Shown piece by piece: positions 20,802 through 30,243 of a DNA stretch of 64,000 nucleotides. Position numbers and translations under genes: made by a program. The DNA is from Gammaproteobacteria bacterium. Its GTDB lineage: Bacteria > Pseudomonadota > Gammaproteobacteria > GCA-001735895. The notes below the pieces were generated by a model. The model did not search any database. It worked only from the letters and a program-made list of their open reading frames with translations, and was not told where the DNA came from. The first letter of the stretch is position 1, and every line of letters begins with the position of its first letter. The stretch is taken from assembly GCA_050298595.1 (NCBI GenBank), contig JBNKUM010000008.1, forward strand, positions 193,303-257,302, written 5' to 3'.

Positions 20802-21525
20802 CTCTCCGATTTTTTGCTCTATTTTCGGGGGTATCATTAGACACCAGCGGAAGAAAATCCGCATAGCCAGTAGCGCTCATTCTCTGTGGGTCTATGCCTT
20901 GTTGTATGAAATATCTAAGCACTGTTGTCGCCCTAACTGCAGAAAGCTCCCAATTAGAGGGAAATTCAACTGTTTCGATCGCTAAGTCATCCGTATGACC
21001 ACGGATTGCGATGCGATAATCCGGGTTTTCACGAAATAGCTGCGCCAGATTATTAAAAATGATAGTTGCAGAATCCTTCAGTTTTGCCTTGCCTGAATCA
21101 AACAGATAGCGCCCATCTATTTGCAGGTTAATCTGGTCTCCCACTGATTCAAGTGTGACGCTGTCTGATAGATCGGTATTTTCAATCATGCTTTCCATTT
21201 CATTGAAAATCTTTGGCCTTAATGTCTTAATAACATCCGAGGTCGGCTTGAGACCTAACATATCTTCAACCACACGCAAAGGTTCCGGATCGCGCCCCCT
21301 TTGAGTGGCATAATCCAACACACTCACCATATTTCCATCGCCATCCAGTACATTTACCTGCGCTATCTGTGCTCTATAAGCCTTATCTTCATAATCTGCC
21401 AGAGTGTACAGTAGAATAAAAAACACTAGAATCAGCGTCATCATATCGGCAAAGGTTACTATCCAGGCATTGCCGGTTTCTTCCTGCTCAAACTGTTCCG
21501 CAATTGATCTACTATCCTCACTCAT
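20761..21525 (-). CDS. motB: Flagellar stator B subunit (MotB/PomB-like)
   Basis: WIVTFADMMTLILVFFILL TM segment with conserved Asp; OmpA-like domain GHTDD, SNWELSAVRA, NRRVEF. Confidence 0.88.
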   Translation of the reverse strand: MSEDSRSIAEQFEQEETGNAWIVTFADMMTLILVFFILLYTLADYEDKAYRAQIAQVNVLDGDGNMVSVLDYATQRGRDPEPLRVVEDMLGLKPTSDVIKTLRPKIFNEMESMIENTDLSDSVTLESVGDQINLQIDGRYLFDSGKAKLKDSATIIFNNLAQLFRENPDYRIAIRGHTDDLAIETVEFPSNWELSAVRATTVLRYFIQQGIDPQRMSATGYADFLPLVSNDTPENRAKNRRVEFVLEKEKEKEN

Positions 21526-22295
21526 ATCCGTTCCTTCAAAGGCGGCATTGGTTTACGTTGCTTGGCAGGAACAAATGAGGAAAGCTTTTCGTAAACAGAT
21601 AGTGGATTATTATCCTGCAGGATGCTCACTGCACCCTGGAAAATAATCTCAAAATTCATCACTTCGACCATGGTTCTTGAGCGCAGCTTTCCGGCAATGG
21701 GTAGGAAAATTACCGTAGCTAATAACGAACCATAAAAAGTTGTCAGCAATGCAACAGCCATTGCAGGACCGAGAGTTTCAGGATTAGCCAGTAAAGATAA
21801 CATTTGAATAAGACCAATCAGGGTGCCCAGCATGCCAAATGATGGAGCATACAGCGCCATTTTGCGAAACACATCCTGAACAATAAAATGCCGCATTTGC
21901 ATCGATTCGATCTCGGTACGCATGGCAGAACGCAGTGTTTCTTCATCTGCTGCATCGGCAATCAGAGTACAGACTCGTTTCAAAAAGGGCGAATTAGTTT
22001 TCACATCCATTAAACTTAGCAAGCCCTTGCGACGACTGATTGTACCCAATTTGATCATAGTGTTGATCAATTCCTGAGAATCTTGCTTGGGTGAAGTAAA
22101 TACAAAATAAGCACTTTTGAAAGCATTCAGCACATCCTTGAACTGAAATGTCAGCAAGGTAGCAGCAACAGTACCTCCCACCACAATCATAATACCGGGC
22201 ACATTAAAGAAGTTATGTACGTCACCACCCAGAATAATGGCTGAAACAATCAGACCAATACCCGAAATAATGCCAATTAAGGAGGCTAAATCCAT
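21522..22295 (-). CDS. motA: Flagellar stator A subunit (MotA/PomA-like)
   Basis: MDLASLIG, IVVGGT, APSFGMLGTLIGLIQML, GPAMAVALLTTFYG, PIAGKL. Confidence 0.9.
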   Translation of the reverse strand: MDLASLIGIISGIGLIVSAIILGGDVHNFFNVPGIMIVVGGTVAATLLTFQFKDVLNAFKSAYFVFTSPKQDSQELINTMIKLGTISRRKGLLSLMDVKTNSPFLKRVCTLIADAADEETLRSAMRTEIESMQMRHFIVQDVFRKMALYAPSFGMLGTLIGLIQMLSLLANPETLGPAMAVALLTTFYGSLLATVIFLPIAGKLRSRTMVEVMNFEIIFQGAVSILQDNNPLSVYEKLSSFVPAKQRKPMPPLKERI

Positions 22296-22400
22296 ATATA
22301 AACGCCTGCCATGAGAAATTTGTTTAGTTTATTCATTCTAAAAATCAGGAACCCGGCCAGTGACTGGCCATCAAGTAACTTAAAGTTCTTATGTTAAGAC

Positions 22401-22427
22401 TTATCGGCTTTCTTCACACATACTTTA
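22401..22427 (-). promoter_or_regulatory. Sigma28 (FliA) promoter of motA-motB-PilZ
   Basis: The minus strand reads TAAA-GTATGTGTGAAGAAA(15 nt)-GCCGATAA, an exact match to the TAAA-N15-GCCGATAA consensus, ~105 nt upstream of motA. Confidence 0.85.
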
Positions 22428-22558
22428 ATATAGTCTGGATAAGTTAACATCATTCAGTTATTGATCAAATCGAATAAAATAACTTTTCAATATCTGACTT
22501 TATCCAACAGAGTATCAATGGGATAATACCCACTTCAGAAATAATTCCGGAATTATTA

Positions 22559-22888
22559 ATGGCAGTTAGAAACAGAGCAAGAACCGAAGAAGAATTTATT
22601 TACCTGATAAATCAGGCGTTAGATGAGATTTTCGACCTACGCGCAGCGATCGAGTATGACGAAGAATTTATGAGCAATGCCATTTTCGTTGTCGACCCTC
22701 TGGAGAAAGGACTAAACCGCCTACTGGACACCGTTAAAGCGGGCGAATACCGACCTGGTGAAGGAGACTATATGGACTTTCTGAACGTACTTAAAAATAC
22801 CGACCAACGCGCTATTCCTTTCTGGACTGTTCTTAAACTCATCCTCGACACACATAACGAGGGATATCAGGGCATAGATAATGACTAA
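22559..22888 (+). CDS. Conserved hypothetical protein (109 aa, acidic, helical)
   Basis: Clean ORF overlapping the start of the next gene; resembles a family I recall from sulfur oxidisers (R.RT..E...L..QA..E..DL....EYD). Confidence 0.7.
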   Translation: MAVRNRARTEEEFIYLINQALDEIFDLRAAIEYDEEFMSNAIFVVDPLEKGLNRLLDTVKAGEYRPGEGDYMDFLNVLKNTDQRAIPFWTVLKLILDTHNEGYQGIDND

Positions 22889-23594
22889 CAGCGACTCGCC
22901 TTTTCATGGCCTGGAGGTTGAGGAAAACCCGGTACTGGAGGTCACTGCACAGGAAAAAACCCTGCAGCAAGATCTGGAGCTGCATATGCAACATTTCAAT
23001 GCATTGCCAGAGCAATGCGACCCGGTAGAAAAAGCAAGATTAATGCTCGATATCGCCGAATGTCATCTTGGTCTTGATCAAACGGACGAAGCCCATCAAT
23101 GGGCTCAGCAGGGCATAGCTCCCCTGATCAAAAATGAACAATGGCCACTTGTGGTTGATGCCTGCGATATCATCTACAACTGCAATAAGGATGACGCGTT
23201 AATAGCTTTGGGAAATGGAATCTGGCTAGCCGTTACCTTTCCTGTCGATCCCAATATCAGCATCCAGATGCTACACCACATTGTGGATGAAACACCCGAC
23301 AATTCGGACGGAGCAGCCGTTGCAGCCATGCTGGCGCACTATCTGGCAGAAACTCGTAGTAATGAAAAAGACCATAGAAATCTGACTTTCCTGACCAATC
23401 AGATTGTTACTCAGGTCGCCAGGCGGCATCGCAATATTGAAGATGAAAAGACCATGCAAACCTGGATAAAAATGTACCAGTTAGATGAAATCGATCAACT
23501 GTTATCAAAAATGGCAGTCATCCTGGAAACCATAGTGGATAATCACTGGTGGTATGACCGCGATAAAATCCGCAGTCGTTTACCAGTAAATTAG
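22881..23594 (+). CDS. Conserved hypothetical helical/TPR-like protein (237 aa)
   Basis: Clean ORF; G.WLAVTFPVDP...ML.HIVDETPD.SDGAAVAA and WWYDRD..R..LP motifs. Confidence 0.75.
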   Translation: MTNSDSPFHGLEVEENPVLEVTAQEKTLQQDLELHMQHFNALPEQCDPVEKARLMLDIAECHLGLDQTDEAHQWAQQGIAPLIKNEQWPLVVDACDIIYNCNKDDALIALGNGIWLAVTFPVDPNISIQMLHHIVDETPDNSDGAAVAAMLAHYLAETRSNEKDHRNLTFLTNQIVTQVARRHRNIEDEKTMQTWIKMYQLDEIDQLLSKMAVILETIVDNHWWYDRDKIRSRLPVN

Positions 23595-23616
23595 CCTGTC
23601 TTTTAAGCTCTACTAA

Positions 23617-24927
23617 TCAGCCCTGAAATAGCTGTTTTACGTTACTCAGGAACAACGGATTTGACTTAACGAAATAGATAAGCATCAACAGATTCAAACA
23701 GGCAAGCAGAACAAATAGCTCAGAAATAGACAGTCCAGCAGCAAACAGCCCTAATGCCACAGCCGCTGAAACCACCATATACAACGCATTCATAATGTTA
23801 TTCATCGCCACCATTCTTGAGCGTTGACTATCCTGTGACTGAATCTGTAACACGGTGTAAAGCGGTACAATATACAGCCCGCCACTCACGCCTAGCAGCA
23901 AAAGGCTAATGATTAACACTGCATCAGCACCCTGCCCTAGCTCACCCAAACCACGCAGTAGCTCTACTGACTGGCTTGAATATTGAGAAACCAGCAGTCC
24001 CGATACAATCAAACCGATCAATCCAATGGCAACACTATAACGCCCCATCGGGGTTGATTTAATTAAACTACAGATAATCGCCCCAATCCCAATGCCGACG
24101 GCAAATAGTCCAAGACACAGTAGAAAAACCTGCTCATTTGCATACACATAATAACGTACAAAGTTGGGTAGCTGAGTAATATAGGTAGCACCCACCATCC
24201 AGAACCATGAAATGCCGAGTATCGCCTGCCACACCAGGGTATTGCTGCGAGAGAGTCTTAACAGCGAGATAAAACCTTCTTTTTCAGCCGCTGGAATTTC
24301 GACGAACTTCCCATCTTTCATTAGACGGCTGCTGATATACCCTAATAATGCGAAAAAAACCGTACTTCCAGAAACGATCAATAAATGCTCATCCGCATAG
24401 GAAAAAAGCATACCTGCTAAAATCATTCCCAGAATGATCGCGATAAATGTCGATGCCTGAATCAGGGCATTAGCACTCACTAACTGCTCCCGATCCAGCA
24501 CGGCAGGCAGGTAACTGTATTTCAATGGACCAAAAAATGTCGACTGAGCACCCATTAAAAATAGAACCGCTAACAGAAACCAGGTATTCCCTAAGTAAAA
24601 CCCCACTCCGCCCAGGCACATGATCACAATTTCCAGCAACTTAATTCTACGTATCAGGGTTACTTTATCAAACTGATCAGCCACCGAACCCGCACGAGGC
24701 GATAAAACAAAGAATGGCAGGATAAACAGGATTGCAGCCAGATTAACCAGAATAGAAGATTCTGATTCAGCCTGTTGAGTCACATGGAACGCTATCAGCA
24801 AAGATAGCGCGGTTTTAAAAAGGTTATCATTGAAAGCCCCTAGAAACTGGGTCGCAAAAAAACTGGAAAAAGTACGCGAAGACAATAAAAAGAGGAGGTC
24901 AGACTTCACAGCTACCTGTCTGGGCAT
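23617..24927 (-). CDS. MFS transporter, LplT/Aas-associated type (start may be GTG at 24909)
   Basis: TQFLGAFNDNLFK, LFILPFF, FFGPLKYSYLP, GGLYIVPL and NNIMNA; ~12 TM segments. Confidence 0.88.
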   Translation of the reverse strand: MPRQVAVKSDLLFLLSSRTFSSFFATQFLGAFNDNLFKTALSLLIAFHVTQQAESESSILVNLAAILFILPFFVLSPRAGSVADQFDKVTLIRRIKLLEIVIMCLGGVGFYLGNTWFLLAVLFLMGAQSTFFGPLKYSYLPAVLDREQLVSANALIQASTFIAIILGMILAGMLFSYADEHLLIVSGSTVFFALLGYISSRLMKDGKFVEIPAAEKEGFISLLRLSRSNTLVWQAILGISWFWMVGATYITQLPNFVRYYVYANEQVFLLCLGLFAVGIGIGAIICSLIKSTPMGRYSVAIGLIGLIVSGLLVSQYSSQSVELLRGLGELGQGADAVLIISLLLLGVSGGLYIVPLYTVLQIQSQDSQRSRMVAMNNIMNALYMVVSAAVALGLFAAGLSISELFVLLACLNLLMLIYFVKSNPLFLSNVKQLFQG

Positions 24928-25102
24928 ACACCGACATAACCGACTTCAATTCAGCCAGTACGACAGCCTGCTCTTCATCGCATAAATGCGCTAATTCGTT
25001 ACAACCTACTCGAATTACATCATCTTCCAGCACGGATTTCACGTATTGACAGCCCTGCTTACAAATCGAATCAACAGCCTGATCTATTTCTTGCTTACCC
25101 AC
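24899..25102 (-). CDS. Small Cys-containing hypothetical protein (67 aa)
   Basis: ICKQGC..V and L.ELKSVMSVY patterns; overlaps the start of the MFS gene. Confidence 0.6.
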   Translation of the reverse strand: MGKQEIDQAVDSICKQGCQYVKSVLEDDVIRVGCNELAHLCDEEQAVVLAELKSVMSVYAQTGSCEV

Positions 25103-25155
25103 AGATAAAACCTTTAAACGCGGAAGGTAACTCAGGATTATAACGCTTCCCTATC

Positions 25156-25173
25156 TATTAGAAAATGGTAATA
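25156..25173. promoter_or_regulatory. Imperfect palindrome TATTAGAAAATGGTAATA, candidate operator
   Basis: Similar to the sites at 36777 and 46481; lies in a divergent intergenic region. Confidence 0.4.
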
Positions 25174-25202
25174 TTATTTTTTTGTTTTGAGAGCGCCCTT
25201 CT

Positions 25203-25598
25203 GTGAGTTTCCGCAACATGCAATTCCATGGTATGAAGATCAATAACATTGAAAGCAACGGAGATACTGCGCGTATAGAAATTGATTACGCCATCATCAT
25301 CAAACACATGGATGATGCCGATCATAAAACCCGCTGGTACGGCAAAGGCATACTGCAGATTGAAGATATTACCATCGAAAGCGATGCATTACCCTCATTT
25401 CCGGCTCTGGTAGAAAACGCGGATATCAAGGACAACCAGATGACCTATCGAGATGAGGTCGTCATCCCGATAAAATATCATGGCAATGTAGGCATCACGT
25501 TGAAATTTGAAAACTTCCCTCAGCCGGTAAAATTCATTGGTGAGCGTATGAGTTTCGACCTGTCAGAACACGAAAAATATATCGAGCACATAAAATAA
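25203..25598 (+). CDS. Hypothetical protein (131 aa, beta-rich)
   Basis: Clean ORF filling the gap before orn; TRW, TYRD and KYIEHI segments look like conserved motifs. Confidence 0.7.
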   Translation: MSFRNMQFHGMKINNIESNGDTARIEIDYAIIIKHMDDADHKTRWYGKGILQIEDITIESDALPSFPALVENADIKDNQMTYRDEVVIPIKYHGNVGITLKFENFPQPVKFIGERMSFDLSEHEKYIEHIK

Positions 25599-26144
25599 CT
25601 ACAGCTTTATAAGGTTATCCCGATAGTATTCAAGTTCTGCTATCGATTCGCGGATATCATCTAGCGCCAGATGCGCACCTTTTTTGAAAAAGCCTTTGGC
25701 AATCTCAGGTTTCCATAGACGTGCCAGCTCTTTCAGGCTACTCACATCCAGATTGCGATAATGGAAGAAAGCTTCCAGCTCAGGCATCAGGCGCGCCATG
25801 AAACGGCGATCCTGACAGATACTGTTGCCGCACATGGGTGATTTGCCGGCTGGAACGTACTTTTTCAAAAAATCTAACGTTAGCTGCTCCGCCTGCTGCG
25901 CGGTATACTCGCTATCCAGAACACGCTGGGTCAGGCCTGAATCCCCATGATGTGTAGTATTCCATTCATCCATCGCCTGCATGGTTTGTAGAGATTGATG
26001 GATGGCTATCACCGGCCCTTCTTCCAGTGTGTTCAAATCCTTATCGGTGACTATGGTGGCAATTTCGATTATTTGATCTTCCTGTGGATCAAGCCCGGTC
26101 ATTTCCAGATCGATCCAGATCAGATTGGTGTCACTAATGCTCAT
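25599..26144 (-). CDS. orn: Oligoribonuclease
   Basis: [44 protein letters not shown]. Confidence 0.98.
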   Translation of the reverse strand: MSISDTNLIWIDLEMTGLDPQEDQIIEIATIVTDKDLNTLEEGPVIAIHQSLQTMQAMDEWNTTHHGDSGLTQRVLDSEYTAQQAEQLTLDFLKKYVPAGKSPMCGNSICQDRRFMARLMPELEAFFHYRNLDVSSLKELARLWKPEIAKGFFKKGAHLALDDIRESIAELEYYRDNLIKL

Positions 26145-26254
26145 TTTTTATCCTGTTTTAAGCCTTACGTTTGGAATAGACGTGAACCGTCTATAGTTAT
26201 TTTCTTGCCTTTTTAAAGTAGACTATATCAATCCCACTCAAACATAGAAATGAT

Positions 26255-27493
26255 ATGCATACATTTACCCTGATTTTTCTGCTTTTCCTCGCTGCCAGCA
26301 TTATTGCGCGACTGTGGTTATCACAGAGACAGATCAATCATATAGCACAACATCGCAGCAAGGTCCCAGAAGCCTTTGTAGAAAAGATCACTCTGGGTGA
26401 ACATCAAAAAGCCGCAGATTACTCCACCACCAAACTTCGTTTCGCAAGATTAACACTGGCCTGGGAAACCCTCTGGCTATTACTCTGGACATTGGGTGGC
26501 GGTTTGAGTCTGCTGGATGGCTGGTGGTCACAATATCAGTTATCCCCATTATGGACAGGTATCGCCGTCATCCTCAGTCTGGGCTTAAGCATGAGCTTAC
26601 TGGATACTCCATTCTCACTTTATAGCACCTTCGTTATAGAACAGCGTTTCGGTTTTAACAAAACCACATTCAAAACCTGGATCACCGACCTGATTAAGTC
26701 TGGAGCATTAATGCTGGTACTGGGTGTGCCATTACTGGCTGTCATTCTGTGGCTGATGAATCAGGCCGGACAATACTGGTGGCTATATGCCTGGGCAGTG
26801 TGGACTGGGTTCAGTTTATTCATGATCTGGGCCTACCCAGCCTTTATCGCACCTCTGTTCAACAAATTTTCTCCGCTGGAAGACGAAGCCCTGAAAGATC
26901 GTATAGATAACCTGCTTGCGCGCTGTGGTTTTAAAAGCCAGGGTGTATTTGTGGTGGATGGATCAAAGCGTTCTGCGCATGGCAACGCCTACTTTACCGG
27001 TTTTGGCAATAATAAACGTATCGTGTTTTACGACACCTTACTCGAATCATTGTCGGAAGATGAAGTTGAAGCAGTTCTTGCGCATGAACTGGGGCATTTC
27101 AAACGTAATCACATCAAAAAAACACTGGGCTTATCTACTGTCATGACTCTAGTTGGGTTTGCTTTACTCGCCTGGCTGATGAACTCACCCTGGTTTTACA
27201 GCGCCCTGGGGGTACAGCAGGTAAGCACTTATAATGCTTTGATTCTTTTTATGTTTACACTGCCGGTATTCACCTATTTCATCAGCCCAATTTTCTCAGC
27301 CTTATCACGTAAGCATGAATTTGAAGCTGATGATTTTGCCAAGCAACAAAGTGATTACCGGGCCCTGATATCTGCACTGGTTAATCTATACCGGGAAAAT
27401 GCAAACACGCTCACACCTGATCCAGTACATTCTATGTTTTATGATTCACACCCTCCAGCATCTATTCGAATTGCCCATCTGGAATCAAACTAA
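26255..27493 (+). CDS. M48 family (Ste24-like) membrane zinc metallopeptidase
   Basis: Multiple TM segments; DGSKRSAHGNAYFTG, HELGH, EFEAD, SHPP...RI. Confidence 0.93.
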   Translation: MHTFTLIFLLFLAASIIARLWLSQRQINHIAQHRSKVPEAFVEKITLGEHQKAADYSTTKLRFARLTLAWETLWLLLWTLGGGLSLLDGWWSQYQLSPLWTGIAVILSLGLSMSLLDTPFSLYSTFVIEQRFGFNKTTFKTWITDLIKSGALMLVLGVPLLAVILWLMNQAGQYWWLYAWAVWTGFSLFMIWAYPAFIAPLFNKFSPLEDEALKDRIDNLLARCGFKSQGVFVVDGSKRSAHGNAYFTGFGNNKRIVFYDTLLESLSEDEVEAVLAHELGHFKRNHIKKTLGLSTVMTLVGFALLAWLMNSPWFYSALGVQQVSTYNALILFMFTLPVFTYFISPIFSALSRKHEFEADDFAKQQSDYRALISALVNLYRENANTLTPDPVHSMFYDSHPPASIRIAHLESN

Positions 27494-27505
27494 ACGGAGA
27501 TATTT

Positions 27506-27775
27506 ATGAAAAATACAAGCCTGATACTGTTGACCCTGCTTTTTTCCAGCCCGGGATGGAGTGCCGATATTGAGAATGGTCAGGCTCTGCATGCAGAGAA
27601 ATGCGTCAAATGTCATGATTCAAGCGCCTACACCCGCAGTCCAAGACGGGTGAATGATCTGCCACAATTGGGGGTTCAGGTTCGTGCCTGTAAGGATAAT
27701 CTGGGTATCACCTGGTTTGATGACGAGGTAGATGATGTCATTATTTATCTCAACCAGAAATACTACCATTTTTAA
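27506..27775 (+). CDS. Small monoheme c-type cytochrome, green-heme-protein-like
   Basis: Signal peptide, CVKCH, a distal Cys (VRAC), no Met in the mature part, C-terminal YLNQKYYHF. Confidence 0.8.
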   Translation: MKNTSLILLTLLFSSPGWSADIENGQALHAEKCVKCHDSSAYTRSPRRVNDLPQLGVQVRACKDNLGITWFDDEVDDVIIYLNQKYYHF

Positions 27776-28071
27776 TGGCGCAATTAATCAACCACAGCGA
27801 ACTCCCTAAATGGGTAAGCACACTTCACCCGGATTGGGTGATGAGTGAGTCTTTCAAACAGATAAGTCGCAACTTCACTTTTAAAGATTATTATCAGACC
27901 ATGGCATTCGCTAATAGCGTTGCCTGGATCGCTCATCAAAATGACCATCATCCTGAAATGCACCTATCGTACAAAACTTGCCTGATCGAATATAGTAGCC
28001 ACTCGTCTGGCGGCTTGACGGAGCTGGACTTTAACTGTGCTAAAGCCATTGATCAGCTGCTCGAGTATTAA
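27775..28071 (+). CDS. phhB: Pterin-4-alpha-carbinolamine dehydratase
   Basis: FKDYYQTMAF, DHHPE, SHSSGGLTELDF.CA. Confidence 0.88.
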   Translation: MAQLINHSELPKWVSTLHPDWVMSESFKQISRNFTFKDYYQTMAFANSVAWIAHQNDHHPEMHLSYKTCLIEYSSHSSGGLTELDFNCAKAIDQLLEY

Positions 28072-28074
28072 GCG

Positions 28075-29034
28075 ATGGCAAAACGTCGTTTAAGTCACCA
28101 GCAATCACGTCGCATAAAAAATGCTCAGCAAACCATTGACCTGGATGATAAAAATAATCTTGTTGGCCTGGTAATCTCACACCGAGGTGGTCAGATCGAA
28201 GTCGAAGCAGAATCAGATCAGCAAAACATCATGTGTAAACTGCGCAGCAATCTGGGTGATATTGTGTGCGGCGATCGAGTGGTGTATCAAATTGATAATG
28301 GTAATCCAACAATTATTGCTATTCGTCCGAGGGACAACCTGCTGCGACGACAGGATGGCTTTGGGCATGAAAAATCGGTGGCTGCGAATGTCACTCAGTT
28401 GATCATCTGCCTTGCTATCGAGCCTGAACCCAATTTCTTTCTGCTGGATCAATATCTACTATCTGCTGAGCAACAATCAATCAATTCCATCATCCTGTTA
28501 AATAAAATGGATTTAACCGACCAGAGCAACACTGACCCATTTGATTTAAAGGCCATTTATCAACCAATGGGCTACCCGGTACTACATAGCAGTATCCATA
28601 ATGACGAAACCCTCGTCCAGCTACAACGACTCTGTAAAGACCAGGTCAACGTCATCAGTGGGGTATCGGGCGTGGGCAAATCATCACTCACCAAAGCCAT
28701 ACTGCCCCAGATAGAAATAAAGATCGGTGAAATATCTGATGTAAGCAAGGAAGGCAAACATACCACCCGAACCAGCCGTCTATATCATCTTCCTCTCGGA
28801 GGCGACCTTATAGATACTCCAGGCGTTCGTGGTTTTAATCCCGTGATCGATAAACAGAAATCAATATCGGCAGGGTTTCGTGAAATTCATGACCTCGCAG
28901 CAAACTGCCAGTTTCATAACTGCAGACATTTAAACGAACCCAAATGCGCTGTTCTTCAAGCACTAGATCAAGGTGATATCAACCTCGGTCGTTACGAAAA
29001 CTATATCAAACTATTGCAGGATCTTAGTCTGTAG
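28075..29034 (+). CDS. rsgA: Ribosome small subunit-dependent GTPase RsgA
   Basis: NKMD, GVSGVGKSS, GKHTT, DTPGVR and the C-terminal Zn finger CQFHNCRHLNEPKC. Confidence 0.96.
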   Translation: MAKRRLSHQQSRRIKNAQQTIDLDDKNNLVGLVISHRGGQIEVEAESDQQNIMCKLRSNLGDIVCGDRVVYQIDNGNPTIIAIRPRDNLLRRQDGFGHEKSVAANVTQLIICLAIEPEPNFFLLDQYLLSAEQQSINSIILLNKMDLTDQSNTDPFDLKAIYQPMGYPVLHSSIHNDETLVQLQRLCKDQVNVISGVSGVGKSSLTKAILPQIEIKIGEISDVSKEGKHTTRTSRLYHLPLGGDLIDTPGVRGFNPVIDKQKSISAGFREIHDLAANCQFHNCRHLNEPKCAVLQALDQGDINLGRYENYIKLLQDLSL

Positions 29035-29146
29035 AGCAGGCTAATTAATACATCGCAATTTTCTAATAAGTTAATCCACTTTCCGGCTTTCTTAATGTCG
29101 ACTAAAACGATAGCATGACCGTTTTTGCGGCCACAGATTAGATACA

Positions 29147-30214
29147 GTGCTTAAAGACAACCTAAACAATATCCACGTCAGTTCTGAAAAAGTTCTGGTC
29201 ACTCCAGATGAATTAAATAAGGAGCTACCGATTTCCCAACACGCCTTAGCAGGTATTCAAAAATCTCGGAAGATTATATCAGACATTATTCACCACAATG
29301 ATCATCGCCTGTTGGTTATATGCGGCCCCTGCTCAATACACGATGTCGACGCTGCTCATGAATATGCCAGACGTCTGAAAAAACTGCACGATGAACTGAG
29401 CGATTCACTTTATATCGTCATGCGGGTTTATTTTGAAAAACCTCGTACCACTGTTGGCTGGAAAGGTCTAATCAATGACCCTCATCTGGATGGTAGCTTT
29501 GACATCGAGTCTGGCCTACGCAAGGCACGAAAATTACTCATCGATTTTGCTGAGATGGAACTCCCGATGGGCACCGAAGCACTTGACCCGATCAGCCCGC
29601 AGTATCTGGGACAGTTATTCAGCTGGGCAGCCATTGGCGCGCGTACCACCGAATCTCAAACCCATAGAGAAATGGCTAGTGGTCTTTCTATGCCTGTAGG
29701 TTTTAAGAACAGTACCAACGGCAGCCTGGATACCGCAATTGATGCGCTGAAAGCCGCCTCTTCACCACACCGCTTCATGGGGATTAACGCTCAGGGACAG
29801 GTTGCTGTGATCAAGACTGAGGGCAATCCGGATGGTCATATCATTCTTCGCGGTGGCAAAAAGACCAATTATGACTCTGTGAATATCACACTGGCTGAGG
29901 AGAGTATTGAGAAGAGCAAGGTGAATTCAGCCATCATGGTCGATTGCAGCCATAGCAATTCCAACAAAGACTTCAATCGACAACCGATGGTTTCCAATGA
30001 TGTGGCGAACCAGATCGTTGAGGGTAATCAGTCAATTATCGGCATTATGCTGGAAAGTAATCTGCACGAAGGCAATCAACCGTCAACACTGCCTCGCGAT
30101 GAAATGCAGTATGGCGTATCGATTACCGATGCCTGCATCAGCTGGGAAACTACCGAACAGGTATTACGTTCACTAGCTGAACGCCTGATGCCGGCCTTAA
30201 CCAAAAGGGTTTAA
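29147..30214 (+). CDS. Class I DAHP synthase (AroF/AroG/AroH type)
   Basis: GPCSIHD, RVYFEKPRTTVGWKG, IGARTTESQTHRE, VDCSHSNS, SITDACI. Confidence 0.96.
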   Translation: MLKDNLNNIHVSSEKVLVTPDELNKELPISQHALAGIQKSRKIISDIIHHNDHRLLVICGPCSIHDVDAAHEYARRLKKLHDELSDSLYIVMRVYFEKPRTTVGWKGLINDPHLDGSFDIESGLRKARKLLIDFAEMELPMGTEALDPISPQYLGQLFSWAAIGARTTESQTHREMASGLSMPVGFKNSTNGSLDTAIDALKAASSPHRFMGINAQGQVAVIKTEGNPDGHIILRGGKKTNYDSVNITLAEESIEKSKVNSAIMVDCSHSNSNKDFNRQPMVSNDVANQIVEGNQSIIGIMLESNLHEGNQPSTLPRDEMQYGVSITDACISWETTEQVLRSLAERLMPALTKRV

Positions 30215-30243
30215 TCTTGAACTAATTTACAGAGAGACAGGTG

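Noticed and set aside
20761-22295. MotA/MotB pair as a Zorya anti-phage system or ExbBD/TolQR
   Set aside because: MotA is 257 aa with no long ZorA tail, there are no ZorC/D/E-like neighbours, MotB has a flagellar WxxTFAD TM plus an OmpA-like domain, and a perfect sigma28 promoter precedes the operon.
27775-28071. PCD-like gene as the carboxysomal Rubisco assembly factor acRAF
   Set aside because: The catalytic DHH...H residues are intact and there are no carboxysome or cbb genes nearby.
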